Shown here piece after piece: positions 1 to 9,346 of a DNA stretch of 43,510 nucleotides (positions are counted from its first letter, which is position 1; every line of letters begins with the position of its first letter). The stretch is from contig JAWBSP010000010.1 of assembly GCA_038842485.1 (NCBI GenBank), positions 1 through 43,510 on the forward strand, read 5' to 3'. Both the position numbers and the translations under genes were made by a program. The DNA is from Candidatus Hadarchaeales archaeon (GTDB lineage Archaea; Hadarchaeota; Hadarchaeia; Hadarchaeales; JAWBSP01). Under the pieces are notes generated by a model, which saw only the letters and a list, made by a program, of their open reading frames with translations, had not been told where the DNA came from and did not search any database.

Positions 1-162
1 TTGAGGATATTTAAGCCTTTCGCTTCTTAAATTGCCAAAATTCGAAAAAAAGCCCGAAAACGGCTCTATTTCTCGTTAATTGCAGAAAAAACTTCGGCAA
101 ACGCCGAACGCTCGCCGGACTACCATGCAGAGATTTCAATTAAAGTGAGGGAACAATTTGAA

Positions 163-330
163 ATGGAACAGCTGACCTGCACCTCCTGCAACAGGAGGAT
201 TGCCGCCGGGGAAGTGGCTACCAGATTCTTCTGCCCGGCCTGTGGAGGGGTCGAGATCGTGCGCTGCCCCGGCTGCAGGAGGACCTCCCGTCCCTACCGC
301 TGCGCGGGGTGCGGGTTCGAGGGACCGTGA
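163..330 (+). CDS. Small archaeal Zn-ribbon RNA-binding protein (DUF1610/HVO_2753-like)
   Basis: Four CxxC motifs (CTSC, CPAC, CPGC, CAGC) and terminal GFEGP; canonical position upstream of aEF-1beta; ATG at 163. Confidence 0.9.
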   Translation: MEQLTCTSCNRRIAAGEVATRFFCPACGGVEIVRCPGCRRTSRPYRCAGCGFEGP

Positions 331-585
331 ATGGGGCGCGTGGCCGTCATCTTCAGGGTGATGCCAGAGGGAACCGAGGTGGATCTCCAGAGGCTCGAGG
401 GGGAGATACGAAAGCTACCCGAGGTCAGGGATGTCCAGAGGCACCCCATAGCCTTCGGGCTGGTCGCGCTCAGGGTTCTGGCGGTGGTTCCCGACAGCGA
501 GGGCGGGAGCGAGAAGGTGGAGCAGGCCCTTTCCTCCCTCGAGGGGGTTTCCAGCGTGCAGGTGGAAGGGGTCACCCTCATCTAG
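331..585 (+). CDS. ef1b: Translation elongation factor aEF-1beta
   Basis: 84 aa, MGRVAVIFRVMPE...PIAFGLVAL signature. Confidence 0.95.
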   Translation: MGRVAVIFRVMPEGTEVDLQRLEGEIRKLPEVRDVQRHPIAFGLVALRVLAVVPDSEGGSEKVEQALSSLEGVSSVQVEGVTLI

Positions 586-629
586 GCGGCTGGGGGTTCA
601 AGGAATAGTTTCCGCAGCAGAGGTGTTGG

Positions 630-1886
630 ATGGCGCTAATCCACGTTGGAATCGACGACACCGACTCGAAGAGGGGGATGTGCACCACTTACGTCGGTGC
701 GGTAGCCCTGAGGAGGCTGGAGGGAATGGCCGAGCCCGTGGGGTACCCCAAGCTCATCCGCCTCAACCCGAACTGTCCCTACAAAACCAGGGGGAACTGC
801 TCGATAGGTTTCACCTTGCGTACGGGGGAGCCCGGGAGGGTGAAACGGGTCGTGCTCCGGACGGGTGAGGAACTCTCGGAAAAATAGGAGGGAACCGAGC
901 CCGGGGTGGCATTTCTTGAGGGAGAGGTGCCCCCCGCCCTCCGCGAATTTTCCAAGAGGGTGGTGAGGGAGATGGTCGAACTGGAGGAGGCGGAGCGGCT
1001 AGCCCGGGAAATCGGGGCAGAGGTGCACAAGTTCGGGGGGGGAAGGGGCATCATCGGGGCCCTCGCGGCCATCGGGCACCCGCTGGAGGACTTCACCTAC
1101 GAGCTGCTCACCTACAGGCGGAGGGAGTGGTGGGGAAGGCCGAGGAGGGTTGATCCCGGCTCGGTTTGGGAGGCGGACAGGAGAACCTTCCCGAGAACCT
1201 TCGACAACTTGGATCCCACCACGGGGGAAATAAGAATCACCCCACACACACCCTGCCCGGTTCTGTACGGGATAAGGGGGGTGAGCCCGGAGGCGGTTCT
1301 GGAGGCACACCAGCTGGTCAAAAGCCTGGAGCCTGTGGATTTCTACATTATCTTCAAGACCAACCAGGCGACGGACGAGCACCTGATAAAGGTTCGGAGG
1401 CTCTCGGAAATCAGGCCTCTCATGTCGGTGATCGCGGAAGGGAGGGTTTCGAGGGAGCCCCGGGTGATAGCGGGTGGGCACGTGATCTTCGGTCTGACGG
1501 ACGGGGAGAGCGAGGTGGACTGCGCCGCCTACGAACCGACGAGGGGCTTCAGGAGAATCGTCCTCTCGCTCAAAGTTGGGGACAGGGTGAGGGTGTTCGG
1601 GGCGGCAAAGCAGAGGGAGGGTCTCCCTCTCACGGTCAATCTCGAGAAGCTGGAGGTGCTGGAACTCGCCAAGGTTTATCGGAAGCTCAACCCAGTCTGC
1701 GCCTGCGGGAAGCGGATGAAGTCCGAGGGGAAGGGAAAGGGGTATTCCTGTCCAAAATGCGGGAGGAGGGCTGGGCCGGGATCGGAGAGGCTGGTGGAGG
1801 TGGAGAGGGAGCTCGCGCCGGGGCTCTACGAGGTTCCGCCGAGGGCAAGAAGACACCTCTCCATGCCCCTCGCCAGGGTGTACTGA
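630..1886 (+). CDS. tiaS: tRNA(Ile2) 2-agmatinylcytidine synthetase, interrupted by one in-frame TAG at 885-887
   Basis: GIDDTDS..GMCTTY, RLNPNCPYKTRGN, PHTPCPVLYGIRG, TNQATDEHL, AAYEPT, C-terminal Zn ribbon and RRHL; ORFs 630-887 and 906-1886 share a frame and join into 418 codons. Confidence 0.92.
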
Positions 1887-1892
1887 AGGCGC

Positions 1893-2435
1893 ATGGGGAA
1901 CCCAAAAGAATCCGGATTGATAGTCGGCGTGGACCTGGCGGGGAGCGAGCGGAGACCAACCGGGATCGCTCTTCTCGGCAGAACTCTCAGCACGAAAACG
2001 GTTCACGCGGAGGAGGAAATCCTCGAAGCCTGCAGGGGCGCCGGGCTGGTGGCCATCGACGCGCCCCTCAGTCTGCCGAGGAAGGGCGGGCTGAGGAAGG
2101 GGGACAGGGAGCTCATCCGCATGGGCTACCGCGTGTTCCCCCCTCTCTTCTCCCGGATGAGAATGCTCACGCGGAGGGGAATGGGGCTGGCGGCCAAGTT
2201 GAGGAGGGAGGGGATCCGGGTGATAGAAATCCACCCTCGAACCTCGGGGCTCATCCTCTTCGGAACGGAGGATCGCAGGCTCTGGCTGAGAAAGCTGGCG
2301 AGGCTCGGGGTCAAGCGCACCGCGAGCGAGCACGAACTCGATGCGGCCCTCGCGGCCCTGACGGGAAAGCTCTACCTCGAGGGAAAGACCAGAAAAGTGG
2401 GAAACATCGTCATTCCGCTGAAGGCTCGCGCCTGA
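1893..2435 (+). CDS. DUF429-family RNase H-fold predicted nuclease
   Basis: GVDLAG, AIDAPL, IEIHP, HELDA motifs. Confidence 0.8.
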   Translation: MGNPKESGLIVGVDLAGSERRPTGIALLGRTLSTKTVHAEEEILEACRGAGLVAIDAPLSLPRKGGLRKGDRELIRMGYRVFPPLFSRMRMLTRRGMGLAAKLRREGIRVIEIHPRTSGLILFGTEDRRLWLRKLARLGVKRTASEHELDAALAALTGKLYLEGKTRKVGNIVIPLKARA

Positions 2436-3294
2436 GCTCCATTCTCTCCAGCACGTTCGCCACTCGGGAGAGGTTGGAAAGCCCAACCCCGAACTGGGTG
2501 GAGAGCTGAGGGAGAGTGAGTTTGTAGCCGGATCGCTTGGCGGCCCGGTAGAGGGCGGCACAGGCGAGCACGTGGGGAGCCCGGGGGAGCCTGAGCTCTA
2601 GACACATCTCCCTCGCCCTACTGCTGACCTCCGGAGGCAGCCCGAGCATGGAGGCGTACTTGTCCACGTACTCCGGGGCGCTCGGGGGTTTGACCCTTAT
2701 CCCCAGCCCCTTGCTCAGAACCTTCACCGCCGTTCTGAGCTTCCTCAGGGCCTTTTCCTCGCGCATCCCCCTCCTGGTGAGGAACTCTACCGTTTCCCTC
2801 TCCCTGACCGGAAAGCCCCTCAGCCGGCAGACCAGATGGTAAAGAGCCAAGGAGAGAATGAGCTGACTCCTGCCGGCGGTCAGCCCCTTGGCCCTCGCCC
2901 TCCTGTAGAGCTGGCTGATCTCGCGCTTCATCTCCAGGGGCAGGCCCAGCTCCCGGCAGAGGTTGGAGATGACCACTAGGCCGGCCTTCAGGGTCCGCTG
3001 TTCGGGGGAGGTTCGGGAGCGGAGGTGGGCGAACCTCATCCGCCTGAGCCTCGCCCTCGTGCTGGGCGGAAGATCGGCCGGGATGCGGAACTGGCTCCCC
3101 AGACCCAGATCGTGCAGAGATAGATCCTCCCCAAAGGTTGGATCGACGCAGGCATTCTCGTCGGGAATCCGCTGGAACTCTAAACCGGGCTCGACCACGC
3201 GCTCGAGAATCACCAGACCGCAACGCGTGCACACCTCTTCCCCCCTAAGGGCGTCCCGGAAGACCGCCGCCGAGCCGCAGGAGGGACAGGACAT
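2410..3294 (-). CDS. tfb: Transcription initiation factor IIB paralogue (divergent TFB)
   Basis: N-terminal Zn ribbon CPSCG..GEEVCTRCGLV, HDLGLGS, RLRR, two cyclin-like repeats. Confidence 0.85.
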   Translation of the reverse strand: MSCPSCGSAAVFRDALRGEEVCTRCGLVILERVVEPGLEFQRIPDENACVDPTFGEDLSLHDLGLGSQFRIPADLPPSTRARLRRMRFAHLRSRTSPEQRTLKAGLVVISNLCRELGLPLEMKREISQLYRRARAKGLTAGRSQLILSLALYHLVCRLRGFPVRERETVEFLTRRGMREEKALRKLRTAVKVLSKGLGIRVKPPSAPEYVDKYASMLGLPPEVSSRAREMCLELRLPRAPHVLACAALYRAAKRSGYKLTLPQLSTQFGVGLSNLSRVANVLERMELRREPSAE

Positions 3295-4421
3295 CAGCCC
3301 AGCACCTCCAAGAGCTCCCCCGCTGCCTTACCAACCTCGACGCCCGCGAGCACCTGCGCCAGCCTGCGGAGGAGCCTCGGATTTCCCTTCAGACTCTCAA
3401 GCATCCTCTCCACCTCTTGGTCCCAGGAGCGGGACAGGCGGGAGTAGAGCCTTCGCTCAGCCTCGAATTCTTGACCAAGCTCCTGCTTCCAGAGGCGGTC
3501 GTATTCCTGGAGGGCCTGTTTGGAGGTGTCACCTTCCGTGATGGCATCGAGCGCCACCTTCGCGGCAAGCTCACCGGCCCTAATGGCCTGAAACACCCCT
3601 CCCCTCGATAGGGATAGGACCTGCCAGGCCGAACCCCCCACCGCCAGCATGCCGTCCGCGCAGAAGGAGTCGAGGGCTGCATCGGGGAACCTTCCCCTGG
3701 TGGAGGCTATCGGGTCCGCCCCGGCGAGACGGGGAACCCTGCCCACGAACTCGTTAAGTGCAGCCTCCGGATGGATTCTAAGCCCCTGGATCCCGGCGAC
3801 CGCGAATCCCTCCCCGAAGGGATGAATCCAGGCATTGCCCAAGGGTGCGAGGTAGGAGCTGAAGTGGAACTCGACTGTTTCGCCCTCACTCACTCCTGCC
3901 ATGAGGTGTTCTCCAGAGAAAACCATCTGTTCCGGTTTGAGTTCCCTCCCCACCAATCTCAGGAAGAGACCCCCCCACTCCCCGATGCACCCGCTCGCGT
4001 CCACCACCACCTCGGCCTTGACTTCCTCCCTCCAGCCCCCGCTCTCAAGCCTCACCCCAACAACTTTCCCGTTCTTTAGGAGGAGTTCCTTGGCGGGGCT
4101 GCTTATCCAGATCTCCGCTCCCCTTCTTCTCGCCTGAAGCGCCAGGAGCCTAACCATGGCCTTCCAATCCACAACCACACCGGGCAGGGAAACCGAGGCC
4201 TCCGATTTCGGTCCCCTGAACTTCACCCCCTTTGTCTTCTGGACCACCGCCCTCTCAAACTCATCAGGCAGGAATTCCTTCGGGAGCCAGAGGGAAAAAG
4301 CCTGACCGCCGATGGATGCCTGCATCTCACAAACAAGAACCCTCGCCTCCGCCCCGGCCGCCCTAGCCACTGCAAGCCCCGCAGGGCCGGCCCCAACGAC
4401 TACAATGTCGTACCTCTGCAT
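3294..4421 (-). CDS. Geranylgeranyl reductase-family FAD-dependent oxidoreductase (divergent)
   Basis: YDIVVVGAGPAG Rossmann motif, VVDASG, APLGNAWIHP (cf. PxxYxWxFP), LQEYDRLWK; ATG at 4421. Confidence 0.85.
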   Translation of the reverse strand: MQRYDIVVVGAGPAGLAVARAAGAEARVLVCEMQASIGGQAFSLWLPKEFLPDEFERAVVQKTKGVKFRGPKSEASVSLPGVVVDWKAMVRLLALQARRRGAEIWISSPAKELLLKNGKVVGVRLESGGWREEVKAEVVVDASGCIGEWGGLFLRLVGRELKPEQMVFSGEHLMAGVSEGETVEFHFSSYLAPLGNAWIHPFGEGFAVAGIQGLRIHPEAALNEFVGRVPRLAGADPIASTRGRFPDAALDSFCADGMLAVGGSAWQVLSLSRGGVFQAIRAGELAAKVALDAITEGDTSKQALQEYDRLWKQELGQEFEAERRLYSRLSRSWDQEVERMLESLKGNPRLLRRLAQVLAGVEVGKAAGELLEVLG

Positions 4422-4684
4422 CCGGGTATTTGCGAGGCAGTTCTTTATAAAGCGGAAAAATTTTGGTTCTCCCCAAGTTCGGGAGATACGCAATTAACGA
4501 ACAATTAGGGCGGGAGGACGAAAAACCTTTACCTGATGAAGCAGCGATGGCCAGTAAATCCCGCGACAAGAGATTCACAGCGATGGTTTCCTGTACCTCT
4601 AGTACTCCTCGGAAGCGCTCTCGAGGTCCATTGATCTCCGCCGGTCCAGCAGCCCTGCAGGAGCGTCTCTTCTTTGCTTGGTAG

Positions 4685-4726
4685 TTTCCCTCTCTGGAGG
4701 GAAATTTATTTAGATTATTTCCCTCC
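4685..4726. promoter_or_regulatory. Interlocking inverted repeats TTTCCCTC / GAGGGAAA / TTTCCCTC around an AT-rich TATA-like spacer
   Basis: TTTCCCTC-tctg-GAGGGAAA and GGAGGGAAAT-ttatttagatt-ATTTCCCTCC. Confidence 0.4.
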
Positions 4727-4944
4727 AAATTGAACCCGTGGTGTCAGTTCCATAGTGGAAACAATGAAGGCGCTGGAAGCCGCCTTGCGACACCAGAAGG
4801 GATAAGGGTCGATGATGTGTATTCCATTCGCCAAGGGGATGGACTCAAGGTAAGAAAGCTTGCCGTGTGACTGGCTGGAAGCTTTCCGGTAGAACGAGAC
4901 CGTTCCCAGCAGAACCTTCCTTCGGTTGGAATAGAACAAAAATT

Positions 4945-5295
4945 TCAGTCTGACCTGTAGTAGCAGATCTGGAGTTTCTCGTCGTAAACTTTGGGCTCCG
5001 GAAGCCGTCTCGCCTCCTCGGGTGAGATCCCGTCCACCCTTTGCCAGCCGTGCATCAAAGCATTGGCGCGCATACCGACGTCAATCTTGCGGAGGCAGAA
5101 TGCCATCTCCTTTTGGAGGGCGTGGATGTCCTTCAGGATTTCCTGATTCTGGCGAGCAAGCCCCCTGATTTCCTCCAAAATTCTCTGGTTAGAATTCAGA
5201 ATCCGTTGGGTCGAGCGGGTGGTGATGATTTGTGCAGCTATGACGGAGATGCCCAAGCCGAGGAGGCTTATGAATTCCGTCATCGTATTGTTCAT
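4945..5295 (-). CDS. Hypothetical protein with N-terminal TM helix and coiled coil
   Basis: 116 aa ORF, hydrophobic FISLLGLGISVIAA then heptad-like QRIL..NQRIL..NQEIL; TTTAAA about 30 nt upstream. Confidence 0.65.
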   Translation of the reverse strand: MNNTMTEFISLLGLGISVIAAQIITTRSTQRILNSNQRILEEIRGLARQNQEILKDIHALQKEMAFCLRKIDVGMRANALMHGWQRVDGISPEEARRLPEPKVYDEKLQICYYRSD

Positions 5296-5337
5296 CTATC
5301 GGCTAATTTCCGCAGCGGTCTCCTTTAAAGCGGAAAA

Positions 5338-6609
5338 TCACAGGTCAGGGTAGGCTTCTCCCGGCTCGAAGCAGTAATGCAGCGTCTGGAAGTCCTTTCT
5401 GAACTCCGCCACCTCCCTGGCGACCCTCTCGGGCTCCTCCCCCCTCACCAGAACCCTCCCGATGAATTCGGCAATCCTTTCCATCTCAGGCTCCTTCATT
5501 CCAAGCCTCGTAACCTCCGCCGTCCCCATCCTTATCCCTCCCGGATTCCTGTAGTGCCTCCCCTCCCTCAAATCCCAAGGGAGGAGGTTGCGGTTCAGGA
5601 TGATGTTCGCCCTTTCAAGCAGGACCTCTACCTTCCCGCCGTCCCCGAAGGGCGTGACATCGACTAGAACCTGGTGGGATCGGGTGAAGCCCAGCTCCGG
5701 GCAGAGCACCCTGAACCCCCTGTCGTGGAGGGACTTGGCCAGCGCCTGCGCATTTCTCACCACCTGTGCCGCGTACGCTTCTCCGAACTCCAGCATCTCG
5801 GCAAGAGCCACCGCCAGCGCGGCCACGCAGTGAAGGTGATGGTTGCTAACCACGCCCGGAAACACCGCCCTGTCGATGGCAGGACCGAGTTCCTCCGTGC
5901 AGAGAATCATTCCGTGCTGGGGACCGGGAAGGGTTTTGTGCGTGCTGCACGTCACCACCTCCGCCCCCTCAGCCAGCGGGTTCTGGAACTGCTTCCCGGC
6001 TATCAAACCTATCACGTGGGCTGCATCGTAGGCAACCCTCGCCCCCACCTCCCTGGCGATCTGGCTAAGCTCCCTCACGGGGTGGGGAAAGAGGAAAACG
6101 CTCCCCCCGAAAAGCACAAGCTTGGGCCTCAGTTCCCTGAGCTTTTTGGCCGCCTCCTCGACCTGGATGTTCATGCGCTTCTCGTCGAACGGCCAGTACT
6201 CCACATTCAGCCCGTGAACCGCGCCAGCCGTTCCACCCATCTTCGCGCGCCCCATGCTTATGTGCCCGCCGCAGGGGATGGAGAGCGCCATCATGGTGTC
6301 CCCAGGCTGGGTGAGGGCGGTGTACATGGCGAGGTTGGCCGTCACCCCAGAAACGGGCTGGACGTTCACGTGAGGGGCCCCGAAAAGCTTTTTGGCGAGG
6401 TCGATGGCCAGAAACTCTATCTCATCGATGTACCTGCAGCCCGCGTACACCCTCTCCCCCGGCAGACCCTCCGCGTAGCGGTGCTGGAAATCGGACTGGA
6501 GGGCCCTCCGGACCGCGGGGCTGGTGAGGTTCTCGCTCGCAACCAGCGGGATGACTTCCCTGAACCACCGCTGGTGCCTCCCCAGGATTTCGAAGATCCT
6601 CCCCCCCAT
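5338..6609 (-). CDS. glyA: Serine hydroxymethyltransferase
   Basis: LVASEN, YAEGLPG..Y.G, YDAAH, STHKTLPGP (PLP Lys), GIRMGT. Confidence 0.97.
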   Translation of the reverse strand: MGGRIFEILGRHQRWFREVIPLVASENLTSPAVRRALQSDFQHRYAEGLPGERVYAGCRYIDEIEFLAIDLAKKLFGAPHVNVQPVSGVTANLAMYTALTQPGDTMMALSIPCGGHISMGRAKMGGTAGAVHGLNVEYWPFDEKRMNIQVEEAAKKLRELRPKLVLFGGSVFLFPHPVRELSQIAREVGARVAYDAAHVIGLIAGKQFQNPLAEGAEVVTCSTHKTLPGPQHGMILCTEELGPAIDRAVFPGVVSNHHLHCVAALAVALAEMLEFGEAYAAQVVRNAQALAKSLHDRGFRVLCPELGFTRSHQVLVDVTPFGDGGKVEVLLERANIILNRNLLPWDLREGRHYRNPGGIRMGTAEVTRLGMKEPEMERIAEFIGRVLVRGEEPERVAREVAEFRKDFQTLHYCFEPGEAYPDL

Positions 6610-7823
6610 CAGACCACCTTCAGCAGCTCCTCATAACGTGCGGGAACCTCCTTCACCCCCCCAGCAATGCTCAGTATCTCCTCGGGATCCTTCATGGCGC
6701 TCCCCGTCGCCACGCAGACCACTCTCTCATCCCTCCCCACCTCCCCCATCTCCAAGAGCTTGCGCAGCCCCGCAACCGAGGAGGCGCTCGCCGGCTCCAC
6801 CCCGATCCCCTCCATTTTTGCCAGCAGCTTCTGCGCCTCGACGATCTCCTCATCCCTCACGCTCTCCGCCGTCCCACCCGAGCGCCTTATGGCCCTGAGA
6901 GCCTTGGGACCGTTAACTGGGTTGCCAATCCTGATGGCCGTGGCGATGGTCTCGGGGTTCTCGACTGGCACGAACCTCTCCAGCCCCCTCTTTATGGCAT
7001 CCACAATCGGCTTCGCCCCCTCTGCCTGAATCCCCGTCATGCGCGGAACCCTCTCGGTGAGACCGGTGCTCTGGAGCTCCCAGAAACCCTTGTATATGGC
7101 CCAGATGTTGGCACAGTTCCCCATGGGCACCACCACGCGATCCGGAACCCCTCCCAGCTGGTCCCAGATTTCAAGCCCTATCGTTTTCTGTCCCTGAGGC
7201 CTGAAGGGGTTGACGGAGTTGAGCAGGTAGATCTCCTCCCTCTCCACGCACAGCCTGCTCACCAGCTCGAGCGCCTGGTCGAAATTTCCCTGGATCCCGA
7301 TCACCTCCGCCCCGTAAATCATTGCCTGAGCAAGCTTCCCCAGGGCCACCTTCCCCTTCGGGAGAAGAACCAGGCACCTGAGCCCAGCCTTCGCGGCATA
7401 GGCGGCAAGGGAGGCGGCGGTGTTTCCGGTGGAGGCGCAGGCGACCGACCTCACCCCAAACTCCAGGGCCTTGGTGACGCCCACCGTCATCCCCCTGTCC
7501 TTGAAGGAACCCGTGGGATTGGCCCCCTCGTACTTCACGTAGAGCTCCCTCACCCCGAGGTGCTGGGCGAGCCTCGTGCACCGGTAAAGGGGTGTTCCAC
7601 CCTCACTCAACGTCACCACCTTGGAGAGATCGCGAACGGGCATGAAGGGAGCGTACTTCCAGACGGATGGGGGTCCCCTGAGGGGATTCCTCCTGAGCTC
7701 CTCCCCTAGGACGGCCAGATCGAACTCGATCTCCAGCAGGCCTCGGCAGCGGGGACAAGTATAAAGCTTCTGAGCGGGGTCGAACTTGGCCCCGCACTCT
7801 ATGCACTCGTACCAGAACTCCAT
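6609..7823 (-). CDS. thrC: Threonine synthase
   Basis: N-terminal CxxC pairs, NPTGSFKDRG, CASTGNT, NSVNPFR, EPASA; ATG at 7823 behind GGAGG. Confidence 0.95.
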   Translation of the reverse strand: MEFWYECIECGAKFDPAQKLYTCPRCRGLLEIEFDLAVLGEELRRNPLRGPPSVWKYAPFMPVRDLSKVVTLSEGGTPLYRCTRLAQHLGVRELYVKYEGANPTGSFKDRGMTVGVTKALEFGVRSVACASTGNTAASLAAYAAKAGLRCLVLLPKGKVALGKLAQAMIYGAEVIGIQGNFDQALELVSRLCVEREEIYLLNSVNPFRPQGQKTIGLEIWDQLGGVPDRVVVPMGNCANIWAIYKGFWELQSTGLTERVPRMTGIQAEGAKPIVDAIKRGLERFVPVENPETIATAIRIGNPVNGPKALRAIRRSGGTAESVRDEEIVEAQKLLAKMEGIGVEPASASSVAGLRKLLEMGEVGRDERVVCVATGSAMKDPEEILSIAGGVKEVPARYEELLKVV

Positions 7824-7827
7824 CCTC

Positions 7828-8712
7828 CTATCCCCTCCTAGTATGTAAGGGCTTCTCGCCGACAACTCCCCCCGCCATTCGGCGCACGATCCTCAGACCG
7901 GCCTCCTCCAGCCTTCTGCACGCCCCCCTCACAACCTTCACGCCCCTCAACCTGCCAGGCTCTCCGGTGTAGTGGAAAAGGAGACCACCCGGCCTGAGCA
8001 GCCTCGCGAGCTCACGATAGAAGCTGAGCGAATAAAGTTCGCCTGCCAGTGCGAGCCGGGGGGGATCGTGGATGATGCGGTCGAAGCTCGAATCAGGCAG
8101 CTCCTTCACCACCTCGACCGCGTCCCCCAGCACGACCCTCACCCTTTCATCGGCTAGCCCCCACGACCATGGATTGACCTCAGCGATACGCAGGACTTTC
8201 TCATCCTTCTCCACCGTCAGAACCGAGCTGGCACCGAACTTGACCGAGAGTGAGGCAGTGTACCCAAGCCCCGTGCAGATATCGAGAACCTTGTGACCAG
8301 GGCCAACTCTTGCCGCCCTGACCTTCTGTAGGGAATCCTGCCAGGGAACCGTGCCCTTTATCCTGTGCATGTGAATACCCCCGATCTCAAGAGTGGGTGC
8401 GGTACTTCCAACCTGCACCAGCTGATAGAACAGACCGTCGACCCGGAGAGCCACCTTCTCCAGTTCCCCCTCCCTGAAAATGTAAACCCCTCTCTCATCC
8501 CTCAGGATCGGTTTGAGGCGTTCGAGCTCGAGCCAGGAGCCGCCCGTCATGAGCAGCCTGCCCCCGCTCAGCTCCAGCCTGCTGGTGGAGAGACCAAGAT
8601 CCAAGGTGACCTCAACGGCGGACTCGCCCCGCGCAGCGGCCTCGAGAATTTTTTCCACGACCTGCTTGGTGAAGACGGGAAATTTTTTCGGTTGGAAGAT
8701 ATAAGCCCTCAT
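7828..8712 (-). CDS. Predicted archaeal SAM-dependent methyltransferase (COG2521-like)
   Basis: PTLEIGGIHMH, VLDICTGLGYTA, IIHDPPR, GELYS motifs. Confidence 0.85.
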   Translation of the reverse strand: MRAYIFQPKKFPVFTKQVVEKILEAAARGESAVEVTLDLGLSTSRLELSGGRLLMTGGSWLELERLKPILRDERGVYIFREGELEKVALRVDGLFYQLVQVGSTAPTLEIGGIHMHRIKGTVPWQDSLQKVRAARVGPGHKVLDICTGLGYTASLSVKFGASSVLTVEKDEKVLRIAEVNPWSWGLADERVRVVLGDAVEVVKELPDSSFDRIIHDPPRLALAGELYSLSFYRELARLLRPGGLLFHYTGEPGRLRGVKVVRGACRRLEEAGLRIVRRMAGGVVGEKPLHTRRG

Positions 8713-9308
8713 CCAAGGAGACTGGCGAGCTCGGGGGCCAGCCCCCTGCCGAATCTAAAGATGTAGTTCGGGTGGGGGGCGAAGAAAATCTCCGCGGAGC
8801 CGCACTTCACGCGTCTTATCTCCTTCAGGCATGGGGGAGGCTCCAACCCGAAGATTTCGCAGACGGAGGAGGCCGCAAACCTGCCCATCGCCAGGATCCT
8901 CTTGGGTTGGAGAGCCCGGATTTCGCCCCTCAGAAGCGGCACGCACCTCCTCCTCATTTCCTCTATGCTTTTCCTGTCGGGGGGCCTGCACTTGACCGAG
9001 GCCGTGAAGAAGATCCCCCGCCCTCTCAGCCTTTCAAGTACCTTCTCCTGAGGAACCCCGAGGATGAACGCCAGAGAGAGCCTGAGTCTGTCGAAGGCAC
9101 CCGTATTGTAGAGAGAACCCACCTTCTTCCCGGGAGGGGGGGATTCCCCGATTGCCAGGATTTTCGTCCTCTCCGGAAGCCATGAATAGACCCCGTGTTC
9201 CAAGAAGGGCTTGTCCACATAATCGCAGAGCCCGCACCGCCGAACCTCCCCCTCCAGCCTCTCCCTCAGCCCCACAAAATCTTTCCCAAGCGGATATCTT
9301 TGAATCAA
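8709..9308 (-). CDS. Uracil-DNA glycosylase superfamily protein (probable Fe-S)
   Basis: CGLC, IGESPP, VKCRPP, HPNY motifs. Confidence 0.8.
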   Translation of the reverse strand: MIQRYPLGKDFVGLRERLEGEVRRCGLCDYVDKPFLEHGVYSWLPERTKILAIGESPPPGKKVGSLYNTGAFDRLRLSLAFILGVPQEKVLERLRGRGIFFTASVKCRPPDRKSIEEMRRRCVPLLRGEIRALQPKRILAMGRFAASSVCEIFGLEPPPCLKEIRRVKCGSAEIFFAPHPNYIFRFGRGLAPELASLLG

Positions 9309-9346
9309 TCACGGTTTCGCAGGCTTAAAACGAGCCTTAGAGACGG

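Noticed and set aside
93-108. Small hairpin TTCGGC-AAAC-GCCGAA upstream of the first gene
   Set aside because: A 6-bp stem is expected by chance; no further support
999-2561. Long ORFs 999-2561 (-) and 1166-2509 (+)
   Set aside because: Shadow frames of GC-rich tiaS/DUF429; low-complexity G/R/P translations with no motifs
5674-6636. 320-aa + strand ORF
   Set aside because: Antisense shadow of glyA
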